The notes beneath the pieces were generated by a model that saw nothing but the letters and a program-made list of their open reading frames with translations, was not told the origin of the DNA and did no database searches. 34,805 nucleotides of DNA from Candidatus Pacearchaeota archaeon. GTDB lineage: Archaea; Nanobdellota; Nanobdellia; Pacearchaeales; GW2011-AR1. The stretch spans positions 1 to 34,805 of the forward strand of contig JAGLIS010000002.1 of NCBI GenBank assembly GCA_023142835.1, in the 5' to 3' direction. Shown in pieces: positions 24,233 through 33,676 of this stretch. The translations under genes were made by a program, and so were the position numbers. Position 1 is the first letter of the stretch, and every line of letters begins with the position of its first letter.

Positions 24233-24661
24233 ATGATAAAAAATAAAAGAGGTTGGATTAGAATTTTAGAAGCAACAATTGCAATCTTAATGGTAAGCGG
24301 AATTTTAATTGTTGTTTACTCAAGACATATCGACAAAAACACAGGTCCCGAAGATTATATTTATAGTTTACAGAGACAGATATTAAACGATATTTCTTCG
24401 AGAAATGATTTAAGAAGTTACGCACTAACAGAAAACATTAGTGTCTTAGATGATTATGTCTACGGAAAAGTTCCGACAACATTAAATTATTCGCTAAAAA
24501 TTTGTAATTTCACAAACCCCCCGACACCATGTAAACTAGATGCTACAGAATTTATTGCTACAAGAGATAACAATATTTATGCCGAAGAAATTATTATCTC
24601 AGCAGATTTTAAAACCTATGATCCTAAAAAAGTAAGATTATTTATTTGGGAAAATATTTAA
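24233..24661 (+). CDS. Prepilin-like protein (minor pilin candidate), 142 aa
   Basis: MIKNKRG|WIRILEATIAILMVSGILIVVY has a class III-type signal with an acidic residue near +5/+6. Confidence 0.6.
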   Translation: MIKNKRGWIRILEATIAILMVSGILIVVYSRHIDKNTGPEDYIYSLQRQILNDISSRNDLRSYALTENISVLDDYVYGKVPTTLNYSLKICNFTNPPTPCKLDATEFIATRDNNIYAEEIIISADFKTYDPKKVRLFIWENI

Positions 24662-24735
24662 TATTTTCATTAAAATTTCTTCATAAAATCTACTTCATTC
24701 GTAAGGTTTATTAGTTTAGTATTAGTTTTTATTCT

Positions 24736-26046
24736 ATGCCATTTGATGTCATTATTGGAAGAAACGAAAGTGATAAGGAACTTTTCGGAAAAAGAGGGTT
24801 AGCCTACTTAGGAAAAACTTACGTGACGATGGGAAACTATACCTCCCTCTCCAATCCAATATATATGGACATCGCCAGAAGCCATGTTATTTTAATCTCT
24901 GGAAAAAGAGGTTCGGGAAAATCATATTCACTAGGAGCAATAGCCGAAGCTCTCTCAACTCTTAACACCGAAGAATCAAGAAATATTGCTCCTCTAATTT
25001 TTGATACCATGGGAATTTTCTGGACAATGAAATATAAAAATGAAAAAGATCAAGAACTCCTTAACGAATGGGATCTAGAAGCAAGAAACATTCCCTTAAA
25101 AGTATTCGCCCCCTTTGGTTATTATCAGGAATATCGAGAAAAAGGAATAGAAGTCGACGCTGAATTTGCTATTAAAATAAGTGAACTTGATCCGATGGAT
25201 TGGGTAACACTCTTTGAACTAAATTTCACAGACCCCATAGCAGTTGTCATCGAATCAGTAATCGGAGAATTAAAAGAAACTAAAAAAAGTTTTAGTTTTA
25301 AAGATATCTATACTTTAATCGAACAAGCTGAAAACGTCGAACAAGAAATTAAAAATTCTGCGATAGCTCTTTTCGACGCTGCTAAAACTTGGAAAGTTTT
25401 CGACGAAACCAAGGGAACATCAGTTCAGAATTTAGTTTCAGCAGGACAAACAACAGTAATTGATTTATCGATGTACGCTTCAATAGGAACTTTTAATGTT
25501 CGAGCTCTGATTATAGGTTTAGTTTCAAAAAAAATCTTCAATGAAAGAATGATGGCAAGAAAGAACGAAGAAATTCAAGCAATCCAACAAGGAATCAATT
25601 ATTCGAAATATAATGTAGTTAGAAAAATGCCCTTAGTTTGGATTCTTATCGACGAAGCTCACGAATTTTTGCCAAGAGAAGGGAAAACCCCTGCAACAGA
25701 TGCGTTAATCCAACTACTAAGAGAAGGACGACAGCCAGGACTTTCAGTCATCATGGCGACACAACAGCCAGGGAAAATCCACACTGACGCAATGTCCCAA
25801 TCAGATATAGTTATTTCACATCGAGTCACAGCTAAATTAGATGTTGAAGCCCTTAACGACATTACTCAAAGCTATCTTTACGAAAACATTTCATCTAAAC
25901 TAAACAATCTCCCCAGACTGAAAGGCTCTGCAATAGTTTTAGATGACAACTCTGAAAGAATTTATCCTATGAGAATCCGACCAAGATTCACTTGGCACGG
26001 TGGAGAAGCTCCCACCGCAATTAAAAAAATAAACGAAGAATTATAA
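24736..26046 (+). CDS. HerA/FtsK-superfamily P-loop ATPase (DUF87-like), 436 aa
   Basis: Walker A SGKRGSGKSYSLG, Walker B VWILIDEAHEF, and VIMATQQPGKI (an ATQ[RQ]P-type motif of HerA/FtsK/VirB4-like ATPases). Confidence 0.75.
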   Translation: MPFDVIIGRNESDKELFGKRGLAYLGKTYVTMGNYTSLSNPIYMDIARSHVILISGKRGSGKSYSLGAIAEALSTLNTEESRNIAPLIFDTMGIFWTMKYKNEKDQELLNEWDLEARNIPLKVFAPFGYYQEYREKGIEVDAEFAIKISELDPMDWVTLFELNFTDPIAVVIESVIGELKETKKSFSFKDIYTLIEQAENVEQEIKNSAIALFDAAKTWKVFDETKGTSVQNLVSAGQTTVIDLSMYASIGTFNVRALIIGLVSKKIFNERMMARKNEEIQAIQQGINYSKYNVVRKMPLVWILIDEAHEFLPREGKTPATDALIQLLREGRQPGLSVIMATQQPGKIHTDAMSQSDIVISHRVTAKLDVEALNDITQSYLYENISSKLNNLPRLKGSAIVLDDNSERIYPMRIRPRFTWHGGEAPTAIKKINEEL

Positions 26047-26050
26047 AAAT

Positions 26051-26284
26051 TCAATATTTATTCCAAACAAAAGTCGTAATAAAAACAAACGTTAAAATTA
26101 ATGCAATCTGTCTATCAAAAAAATAGCAAACTACCATAGCAAATAAAAGAATCCAAAGAAGAACTGGGAAATACGGAACATTTGTATAAATTTCTTTTTC
26201 ATCACTCGTAATTCTCGCAAGCAAAAAACCAAGAGGAATTGCAAACAAGAGTAATAAATATTCTATCATAATCTTTTTAATCAC
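26051..26284 (-). CDS. Small membrane protein, 77 aa, unknown function
   Basis: The ORF has 2-3 predicted hydrophobic helices and fills the gap between the HerA-like and TatD genes. I recognise no motifs. Confidence 0.4.
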   Translation of the reverse strand: MIKKIMIEYLLLLFAIPLGFLLARITSDEKEIYTNVPYFPVLLWILLFAMVVCYFFDRQIALILTFVFITTFVWNKY

Positions 26285-26302
26285 TAGAGATTATTAAATG
26301 TT

Positions 26303-27103
26303 ATGAAATTCATAGATATTCACGCACATCTAGAAAGTTCTCAATTCAAAAGAGATTTGAAAAAAATTATCGAACAGGCAAAAAAAGTAGGAGTCGTAAC
26401 AATAATCAACTCCGGTGTAAATCCTGAGACGAATCGGGAAACATTAAAACTCTCAAAAGAATACAGCATTATCAAATGTAGCTTTGGAATCTATCCAATC
26501 GACGCTATAGTGAAAGAAATTGAATCCAGCGAAAAAGATTTCCTTAGAAAAATTAAACCTTTTGATGTCGACGAGGAACTCAACTGGATTGAAGAACACA
26601 AAAACGATTGTGTTGCAATTGGCGAAGTCGGGCTTGATTACAACAGTCCCGAGTTTACAAAACATAAAGAAAAGCAAATTAAAGTTTTTGAAAAGGCCAT
26701 CACCCTAGCGAAAAAAATTAACAAGCCATTAATTATCCATTCCAGAAAAGCAGAACTCGACGCTATAACTATTTTAGAAAAACACCAATGTAAGAAAGTT
26801 GTTATGCATTGCTTTAGCGGGAAAAAAAGCTTGATTAAAAGATGTGTAGAAAATGGATGGTTTCTTTCAGTTCCTCCAGTAATTACCCGATTAGAACATT
26901 TCAAAATGCTAGTTGAAATTGTTCCACTCAAACAACTTTTAACCGAAACCGATGCACCATACTTATCTCCCGTCGCTGGAACAAGAAACGAACCCGCAAA
27001 TATTCCAATCACAATAAAAGAAATTGCAAAAATAAAAAATATCGACGAAGAAAAAATAGCAGAACAAATTTTTAGTAATACAAAAGATTTGTTTAACCTA
27101 TAA
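26303..27103 (+). CDS. tatD: TatD-family metal-dependent hydrolase/DNase
   Basis: MKFIDIHAHL, GEVGLDY, IIHSR, MHCFSG and ETDAPYL follow the canonical TatD motif order. Confidence 0.9.
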   Translation: MKFIDIHAHLESSQFKRDLKKIIEQAKKVGVVTIINSGVNPETNRETLKLSKEYSIIKCSFGIYPIDAIVKEIESSEKDFLRKIKPFDVDEELNWIEEHKNDCVAIGEVGLDYNSPEFTKHKEKQIKVFEKAITLAKKINKPLIIHSRKAELDAITILEKHQCKKVVMHCFSGKKSLIKRCVENGWFLSVPPVITRLEHFKMLVEIVPLKQLLTETDAPYLSPVAGTRNEPANIPITIKEIAKIKNIDEEKIAEQIFSNTKDLFNL

Positions 27104-27137
27104 AATGGAATGGTATATAATCACCTAATTCAAAAAA

Positions 27138-27974
27138 TTATTTCGCAACCCATCCAACTTTCTTATCTAACAAATCCTTAAGTTGTGGCCATTTTTCCTC
27201 AAGAGTCGATTCCTTTACCTGATAAATAACTCCTATAGGAATCTTTCCATCTTTAGAATTATAATCAAACTCACTCGCCAACTTTTCTGCAACTTTCTTA
27301 TCCTCATTATCCTTCACCTTATACATCTGAGAATCCCTATTATTCGAATCTAAATTAAATGCCAAACAATCCTGAATAACCTCCACAAACGAGAATCCCT
27401 TATGATTAACAGCCTTAGTAAAAACCTCAACCATATGAGGAATATCCCTAGCAGAAGTCCTTGCAATAAATGTTGCCCCACTTGCTAACGCAACTTTCAA
27501 AGGATTCATAGGTTTATCAAAAACACCCAAAGGACTAGCCTTAGAAACATAACCTTGTTGAGACGTAGGGGTTGGTTGCCCTGTCGTCAACGAAAAAGAT
27601 TGATTATCATGAAGAATCAAAGTCATATCAGAATTATATTTAAACGCATGAATAAAATGAGAAATCCCTTCCGCATAAACTGCTCCATCTCCAGCGAACG
27701 CTAAAACCTTCAGATTAGGATTTCCGAGTTTTATCCCAATTGCAGTAGGAATAGCCCGCCCATGAAGACAATAAATTCCTGAAAGATTAAGATAATCAAA
27801 AATTTTAGAATTACATCCAATATCTGTAGTAATTACGAAATCTTCTTGTTTAAACTTTTTAGAATCAATAAATTTCGAAATCGTCTGCTTTACACTTTCA
27901 AGTACCATATGATTCGGACAACCAGGACACCAGGTATTTTCCGACGACGTTTTCAATTTATCTTTTGTATTCAT
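27138..27974 (-). CDS. 2-oxoacid:ferredoxin oxidoreductase, beta (TPP-binding) subunit
   Basis: ..TWCPGCPNH.., DIGC, GRAIP.A.G and GDGA..AEG motifs. It overlaps the upstream alpha/gamma gene by ATGA. Confidence 0.9.
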   Translation of the reverse strand: MNTKDKLKTSSENTWCPGCPNHMVLESVKQTISKFIDSKKFKQEDFVITTDIGCNSKIFDYLNLSGIYCLHGRAIPTAIGIKLGNPNLKVLAFAGDGAVYAEGISHFIHAFKYNSDMTLILHDNQSFSLTTGQPTPTSQQGYVSKASPLGVFDKPMNPLKVALASGATFIARTSARDIPHMVEVFTKAVNHKGFSFVEVIQDCLAFNLDSNNRDSQMYKVKDNEDKKVAEKLASEFDYNSKDGKIPIGVIYQVKESTLEEKWPQLKDLLDKKVGWVAK

Positions 27975-29494
27975 AACAACCCCTCAATCTTTTTCTTTAA
28001 TTCATCCGAACAAAAAGGTCGCCCATCATATTTCAAAATTCTGTTTTCAATTTTAATCCCAGTCTTCTCACGAATAAGTCGTCCAAGCTGTCCCGTAACA
28101 TTACACTCAACCAAAATTATCTTATCAGCCTTATCCATTTCCCTTTTAATTTGCGAAGACAAAGGTTTCATATACAGAACCTGAAGAAACTTAGCATCGA
28201 AGTCTTTTATCGAATCTTTAATCGCACCAGAAGTTGAACCCCATCCAATAACCAAATTCTTTGAACTCTTCTTCCCATGAACTTTAATCATCTCAAAATT
28301 CTCTTCAATAAATTTCTTAGCTCGTTTATACTTCTCAACCCTCGCATTAGCATTTTTTTCCGTCAAAACACCCGATTCCGTCGAGTTCCCAAACTCATCA
28401 ATCTCATAAGAAGACGCTTTTACTATCTCCTTCCCAGGAATTTTTCTCATAACTTGGAATTTAGAAACTTCAGAAAGAACCTCAACCGAAGAAAATTCCG
28501 ATTCAGCAAGATGCTTATCACTAAGAACAATTGATAAAGTTCGAAATTTTTCCGCAAGATAAAGCGCTTCAAAAGTTTTTTCAATAGTCTCAATAGGATT
28601 ACCTGGTGCAATAACAACCCGCGGAAACTCTCCATGTCCAGCTCGAAGTGCTATGTCCAAATCCGATTGAGAAGTATAAGTTGGAACCCCCGTCCCTGGC
28701 CCTGGTCGAGAAGCGAGATAAACAGTCAAAGGAATTTCAGATATCCCCTGAAAAGACAAAGCCTCACCCATTAAATCGAATCCTCCTCCAGACGTTCCAG
28801 TCATAACCTTAGCCCCAGAAAAAGAAGCCCCAAGTGCCATATTCGCTGCCGCGATTTCATTTTCGGATTGAAAAACCATCAACTTATTTTCAACTTGATT
28901 TTCCGCAAGTTCGTTCATCGTATTCGTAGCTGGAGTCATCGGATATGAAATATATAAATCCAATCCAGCATTCCTTGCACCAATAGCAACCGCCTCACTC
29001 CCAGATAAAATAGAAGGCTTACTATTAAGTTTCTTTAAATTGTAAATACTTTCTTGAAAATCGAACCCTTTCCTAGCCGAAACAATAGCCTCATTATATT
29101 TCTTAAATTGAGACTTTATCTCATTCTCTAATTCCGACAAAGGAACACCAAGAACTTTTACCAATACTCCAGCAAGAGCAACATTCAAATTTCGTCCTTC
29201 ATCCTTAAATTGATCTGCAGAAACCATAACTCCATTTTTTCGCAGGGATTGCTTATGAATTTTTATCGTCAACTCATCGAGGGCAACTAAAACATCTGCA
29301 GTAACATCATGACTTTCTATTAAACTATCCGAAATAGAAATTACATTAAAATTATGTCCTCCCCGAACTAACGACTGATAATCCCTATAATTAAAAGTAA
29401 AATAACCATAATTTGCAAGAACATTTGAAACTATCTCCGAAACTTTATTTATACCCTGACCAGCTTTTCCACCGATGACAATATTCAATCTCAT
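27971..29494 (-). CDS. 2-oxoacid:ferredoxin oxidoreductase, fused gamma-alpha subunit
   Basis: The N-terminal gamma-like part is IVIGGKAGQGINKVSEIV..YQSLVRGGHN. The alpha part follows: SGSEAVAIGARNAG..YPMTPAT..GASFSGAKVMTGTSGGGF. Confidence 0.9.
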   Translation of the reverse strand: MRLNIVIGGKAGQGINKVSEIVSNVLANYGYFTFNYRDYQSLVRGGHNFNVISISDSLIESHDVTADVLVALDELTIKIHKQSLRKNGVMVSADQFKDEGRNLNVALAGVLVKVLGVPLSELENEIKSQFKKYNEAIVSARKGFDFQESIYNLKKLNSKPSILSGSEAVAIGARNAGLDLYISYPMTPATNTMNELAENQVENKLMVFQSENEIAAANMALGASFSGAKVMTGTSGGGFDLMGEALSFQGISEIPLTVYLASRPGPGTGVPTYTSQSDLDIALRAGHGEFPRVVIAPGNPIETIEKTFEALYLAEKFRTLSIVLSDKHLAESEFSSVEVLSEVSKFQVMRKIPGKEIVKASSYEIDEFGNSTESGVLTEKNANARVEKYKRAKKFIEENFEMIKVHGKKSSKNLVIGWGSTSGAIKDSIKDFDAKFLQVLYMKPLSSQIKREMDKADKIILVECNVTGQLGRLIREKTGIKIENRILKYDGRPFCSDELKKKIEGLL

Positions 29495-29544
29495 AAAATA
29501 TCAAAGAAGGGAAGTTATTTAAAGCTTTGTTCAGAATTGACACT

Positions 29545-30468
29545 ATGGAAAAAATTGTAACAATCGGAGGAGGAACAGGTCAATTCCAAATTTTAAAAGG
29601 ACTTCGAAATTACGAATGTGAAATCACAGCAATAACAAATGTCTCAGATAATGGGGGCTCCTCAGGAAGATTAATCGACGAATACGGGATTTTACCTCCC
29701 GGAGATATAAGACAATGCCTCGTAGCCTTAGTAAATAAAGAAGATGAAAAAACACTAAGAGAATTATTTAATTATCGATTAAAAGACGGACACAGCATGG
29801 GGAATTTAATAATTACCGCACTAGCAGATATTCAAGGAGACTTCCTTTTAGGTGTTAAAGAAACAGGAAAATTACTAAACATTTCTGGAAAAGTCCTACC
29901 CGTCTCAAACAACAAATTCAAAATATATGCTGAAACAATCGATGGAAAAATCTTAGATGGAGAAGAAGAAGTTTCTTACTCTAAAGAGAATCTAGGAATA
30001 AAACGACTCTTTGCAAAAGAAAAAGTTTTCCTATTAAAAGAAGCTGGTGAAGCAATAAGAAACGCAGACAAAATTGTAATCTGTGCAGGAGGTCTATACG
30101 GAAGTATTTTACCTAACTTTTTAGTTAATGGAATATTGGAAGCATTAAAAGAATCCTCAGCTAAAAAAATCTATGTATGCAATTTATTTACCAAACAAGG
30201 TACTGAAAAATTTAAAGCAAGCGATTTTGTAAGAGAAATCGAAAAATATTCCAAAATAAAAATAGATAAAATAATCGTAAACTCACGAACCCCCTCACAA
30301 GAAGTTTTAAACAAATACTCCCAAGAAGAATCTTCATTTGTCGAGGATGATTTAAAAGAAGATTCCAGAATTATCAGAGGAGATTATGTTGCTGAATATC
30401 CTCTTGAAAGAAGAACAATCTTCAGGCACGTTCCTGAAAAAATCGCACAAGCAATCCTAGAAATTTAA
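29545..30468 (+). CDS. CofD/YvcK-family protein (UPF0052, gluconeogenesis-factor-like)
   Basis: MEKIVTIGGGTGQFQILKGL and LPPGDIRQCLVAL motifs. The track starts at TTG 29527; I prefer ATG 29545. Confidence 0.85.
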   Translation: MEKIVTIGGGTGQFQILKGLRNYECEITAITNVSDNGGSSGRLIDEYGILPPGDIRQCLVALVNKEDEKTLRELFNYRLKDGHSMGNLIITALADIQGDFLLGVKETGKLLNISGKVLPVSNNKFKIYAETIDGKILDGEEEVSYSKENLGIKRLFAKEKVFLLKEAGEAIRNADKIVICAGGLYGSILPNFLVNGILEALKESSAKKIYVCNLFTKQGTEKFKASDFVREIEKYSKIKIDKIIVNSRTPSQEVLNKYSQEESSFVEDDLKEDSRIIRGDYVAEYPLERRTIFRHVPEKIAQAILEI

Positions 30469-30527
30469 TCTTAAATAAATAACATTTACCCTCTTGATTT
30501 CAACCTTACCTTAGAAAATATATAATC

Positions 30528-32471
30528 TCATGACCCCTTATTTGCATTAATTACGTCTTTAATTTTTCCTACCGAATCTGGATTAATAAGTGTCATTAGC
30601 CCTTGAGGTTCTTCATCAATTAATAATGCTTTTAAAATTCGTCTCATGATTTTTCCAGATCTTGTTTTAGGTAAATCTTCGATAAAAAATATTTTTCCAG
30701 GTCTTGCAGTTGGACCAATTTTCATATCAACATATTCTTTCAATTTCTTTTCAATTTTTTTCGATCCATTTCCCTTTTTCAATACAACAAAAGCTATAGG
30801 TACCTGTCCTTTAATTTTATGAGGCATTGGAACTACTGCACAATCTCCAACTAACTTATTGTCGTGAATTGCATTTTCTAATTCCGCAGTTGTAAGTCGA
30901 TGACCCGCAACTTTCATAACATCGTCAGTTCTTCCAGTAATTCTAATTAATCCATTTTGAAGATATGCCCCATCACTTGTATCATACATCTTTTTGAATT
31001 TTTTCCAATAAGTTTCTACATATTTTTCATGATTATTATATACTCCATGTAACATACCTGGCGCGAACGGACTTTTCTGTGCTAAAAATCCTTGTCGTCC
31101 CTTTGGCATTGGTTTTCCTTTATTGTCAACGATAACATGTTCTGTTCCCGGGAAACTTTTTCCGGATACTGTTGGAACGAACGGTCCTATTCCAGGCAAC
31201 ACATTAATGAGTGTTCCTCCAGTTTCAGTTTGCCACCACGTATCAATAACCGGACATCTTCCCCCACCTATTTTATTAAAATACCACATCCAAGATTTTT
31301 CATCTATTGGTTCTCCCACCGTTCCCAATATTCTTAACGAGGACATATCGCATTCGTTAATCCATTTTGAATCTACTCCCATAAACATCCTAATTGCCGT
31401 CGGTGCAGTGTAAAATACATTAATTTTATTATCTTGGATTATTTTCCACCATCTTCCAGGATCAGGATAATCAGGTCCGCCTTCGTAAATTAATGTCGTT
31501 GCACCAGTTAATAACGGTCCATACATTGCGTAAGTATGTCCAGTAATCCATCCAATATCTGCAGTACACCACATTACATCTTCAGGGTGTAAATCAAAAT
31601 TCCATTTACACGTCCAATAAGACTGCGCAGCATATCCACCCGTATCATGGATAACTCCTTTTGGCTTTCCCGTTGTTCCAGAAGTGTAAAGTATAAACAT
31701 TGTATCCTCGGAGTTCATCATCTCAGGTTTACAATAAGAATCTGCTTTTTCCAATTCAGTATCAAAATCTAAAAATTTCTTTCCTTTAACTTTTTTACCA
31801 ATTCTATTAACTACAATTATTTTTTTAACAGTTGTTTTTTCTGTGGCCTTTTTTGCTTTATCTATTAATTTTTCTGGCTCGCCTCGTCGATAATATCCAT
31901 CCGCAGTAATTAATATTTTTGCTTTTCCATCTTGAATTCTAGCCTTTAATGCATCAGCAGAAAACGCACTGAATACTACAGAATGGATAGCACCAATTCT
32001 TGTGCATGCTAACATTGCAATTAGAGCCTGAGGTACCATCGGCAGATAAATTGAAACTACGTCACCCCTTTTTACTCCATTTTCTTTTAAGACATTTGCA
32101 AACTTATTTACCTTATTATATAATTCACCATAAGTTATTTTTATTGGTTTTTCTTTTGTCGGTTCAGGTACCCATATTAGTGCAACTCTGTCTGGATGAG
32201 AAAGATGTCTGTCGACGCAATTAACGCTAAAGTTTAACTTTCCTCCCTCGAACCATTTAAAATATGGAAGTTTTTCAACATAACCCTTATCCCATTCTTT
32301 TTCCCAAGTTAAACCCTCTCTTGCTAAATCTTCCCAAAACTTTACAGGATTTTTAGCAGCTTTATCATAAATTCTTTCGTCAGTCATATTCACGACTTTT
32401 TTCATAACATCGCTCGGCCAAAATTTTCCGTCTTTCTTTACTACATATCTGATACCCTTATTTTTTTTCAT
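30528..32471 (-). CDS. acs: Acetyl-CoA synthetase (AMP-forming acetate-CoA ligase)
   Basis: 647 aa with YTSGTTGKPKGV, WWQTETGG, the GRTDDVMKVAGHR.. region and the C-terminal PKTRSGKIMRR. Confidence 0.95.
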   Translation of the reverse strand: MKKNKGIRYVVKKDGKFWPSDVMKKVVNMTDERIYDKAAKNPVKFWEDLAREGLTWEKEWDKGYVEKLPYFKWFEGGKLNFSVNCVDRHLSHPDRVALIWVPEPTKEKPIKITYGELYNKVNKFANVLKENGVKRGDVVSIYLPMVPQALIAMLACTRIGAIHSVVFSAFSADALKARIQDGKAKILITADGYYRRGEPEKLIDKAKKATEKTTVKKIIVVNRIGKKVKGKKFLDFDTELEKADSYCKPEMMNSEDTMFILYTSGTTGKPKGVIHDTGGYAAQSYWTCKWNFDLHPEDVMWCTADIGWITGHTYAMYGPLLTGATTLIYEGGPDYPDPGRWWKIIQDNKINVFYTAPTAIRMFMGVDSKWINECDMSSLRILGTVGEPIDEKSWMWYFNKIGGGRCPVIDTWWQTETGGTLINVLPGIGPFVPTVSGKSFPGTEHVIVDNKGKPMPKGRQGFLAQKSPFAPGMLHGVYNNHEKYVETYWKKFKKMYDTSDGAYLQNGLIRITGRTDDVMKVAGHRLTTAELENAIHDNKLVGDCAVVPMPHKIKGQVPIAFVVLKKGNGSKKIEKKLKEYVDMKIGPTARPGKIFFIEDLPKTRSGKIMRRILKALLIDEEPQGLMTLINPDSVGKIKDVINANKGS

Positions 32472-33079
32472 AGTGCAGTTTTTTCATGCTTTACATCAAT
32501 AAATTTTTGCTTTCCTCTAGTACCTTTGTACCAAAGCATTTTCGTATATCCAGTATTATCAATTTGATCAAAATCTATTTCAAGTTCTTTTAGCACGTCG
32601 GTAATTAGTTTAATTGCATATTTAGATTCCGGTTCCTTACATAGATATTCCATCTCCATAAAATATCCCAAATGTTTAACCTTGTTTATTTCTATTGAAA
32701 GCTTTTTATTTTTCTTATACTTGTAAGTTTCATTCCTTTTTATTTTTTTAACCCATTCACTAAAACCCAAATCTTTAAACAATGCCAATAGATTTTCAAC
32801 TTCTTCTTTCCCATTTAATTCAAATTCAAATTCTTGTTTGACAACAACTTCAGGAGTCCAAAGCTCCGTTATCCATTTTTTAAAAGTTACTTCAAACGAA
32901 CCTTTCATCGCCCTTATCCTAAATGCTTTTCTAGGATAACCATTTTTTTGTATCGCAAAATAGTCATCAACTTTCGTTCCCCTTTTTTCAAAAACCGCAA
33001 TTTCCTTAATTCGTTTTCTAAGTTTAGAGACCTGAGAATCATTTAATTTTATTTTTGTTTCAACTTCCAACCAAACCAT
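32468..33079 (-). CDS. CYTH-domain triphosphate tunnel metalloenzyme (CyaB/ThTPase-like)
   Basis: The N-terminal MVWLEVETKIKL carries the E-x-E-x-K CYTH signature. Size is 203 aa. It overlaps the acs start by ATGA. GGTGAT lies a few nt upstream of the ATG. Confidence 0.8.
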   Translation of the reverse strand: MVWLEVETKIKLNDSQVSKLRKRIKEIAVFEKRGTKVDDYFAIQKNGYPRKAFRIRAMKGSFEVTFKKWITELWTPEVVVKQEFEFELNGKEEVENLLALFKDLGFSEWVKKIKRNETYKYKKNKKLSIEINKVKHLGYFMEMEYLCKEPESKYAIKLITDVLKELEIDFDQIDNTGYTKMLWYKGTRGKQKFIDVKHEKTAL

Positions 33080-33130
33080 TTCATCACCTAACAGTCCAAA
33101 ATAAATATTGTTTATAAATCTTCGTGAAAA

Positions 33131-33430
33131 TTACATCAACCCACTTTCATCAATCCCAGAATCTTCTTCGGGAGATTCGGATATGCTTTCCTGAGAAGAC
33201 TCAGTCTTAAGATCTTCAGAATTAATAGAATTAATCAGCGTCTTAAACTCTTCAAATTTTTCAGCCGAAATTCTCAAACCTTTTTTTGTAGGTCCTGTAT
33301 AAGCTTCACTTTGAGTAAACTCCCTAATATCTACCCCAACTCTCCCGTTAAATTCTTTAATCCCCACGACAATATCTGTAACAGTCCCCTGATACTCGCC
33401 CTTTGAAATTTTACCAATATCTTTTTCCAT
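33131..33430 (-). CDS. PC4/p15-like ssDNA-binding transcriptional coactivator family protein, 99 aa
   Basis: ..VVGIKEFNGRVGVDIREFTQSEAYTGPTKKGLRISAEKFEEFKTLI.. matches the PC4 core (V.EF.G...VDIRE ... P.KKGi.l..e.w..l). I chose the internal ATG at 33430; TATA-like ATATTTATAAAG lies about 30 nt upstream. Confidence 0.75.
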   Translation of the reverse strand: MEKDIGKISKGEYQGTVTDIVVGIKEFNGRVGVDIREFTQSEAYTGPTKKGLRISAEKFEEFKTLINSINSEDLKTESSQESISESPEEDSGIDESGLM

Positions 33431-33489
33431 AGTATAACTTAACTTTAATTCTTTATAAATATTTAGATTCAAAAAAGAGGAGACTAGAA

Positions 33490-33544
33490 AACCGAAGCTG
33501 ACTAGCCTCCAACACTTAACCGAAGTCAAATGATTCAACCGAAG
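33490..33544 (+). repeat. Three direct copies of AACCGAAG (33490-33497, 33518-33525, 33537-33544) in an intergenic region
   Basis: Read directly: AACCGAAGCTGAC / AACCGAAGTCAAATGA / AACCGAAGTTGAA. Confidence 0.8.
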
Positions 33545-33676
33545 TTGAATAAACAACAAACATATTTCAGGGTTATAAAGTTTTCTAACTATCTCTTAGG
33601 CATTACAGAAAAAGAAATTAGTAGAAAATCCCATGATTCATTAGTTTTAAAAACAAAAGTTTCCAGATTATTTTAA

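Noticed and set aside
33431-33559. N-terminal extension of the PC4-like ORF (the track starts at 33559)
   Set aside because: The extra 43 codons are hydrophobic low-complexity sequence that would run across the TATA-like box and the AACCGAAG repeat region. The PC4 homology begins right after the internal ATG at 33430.
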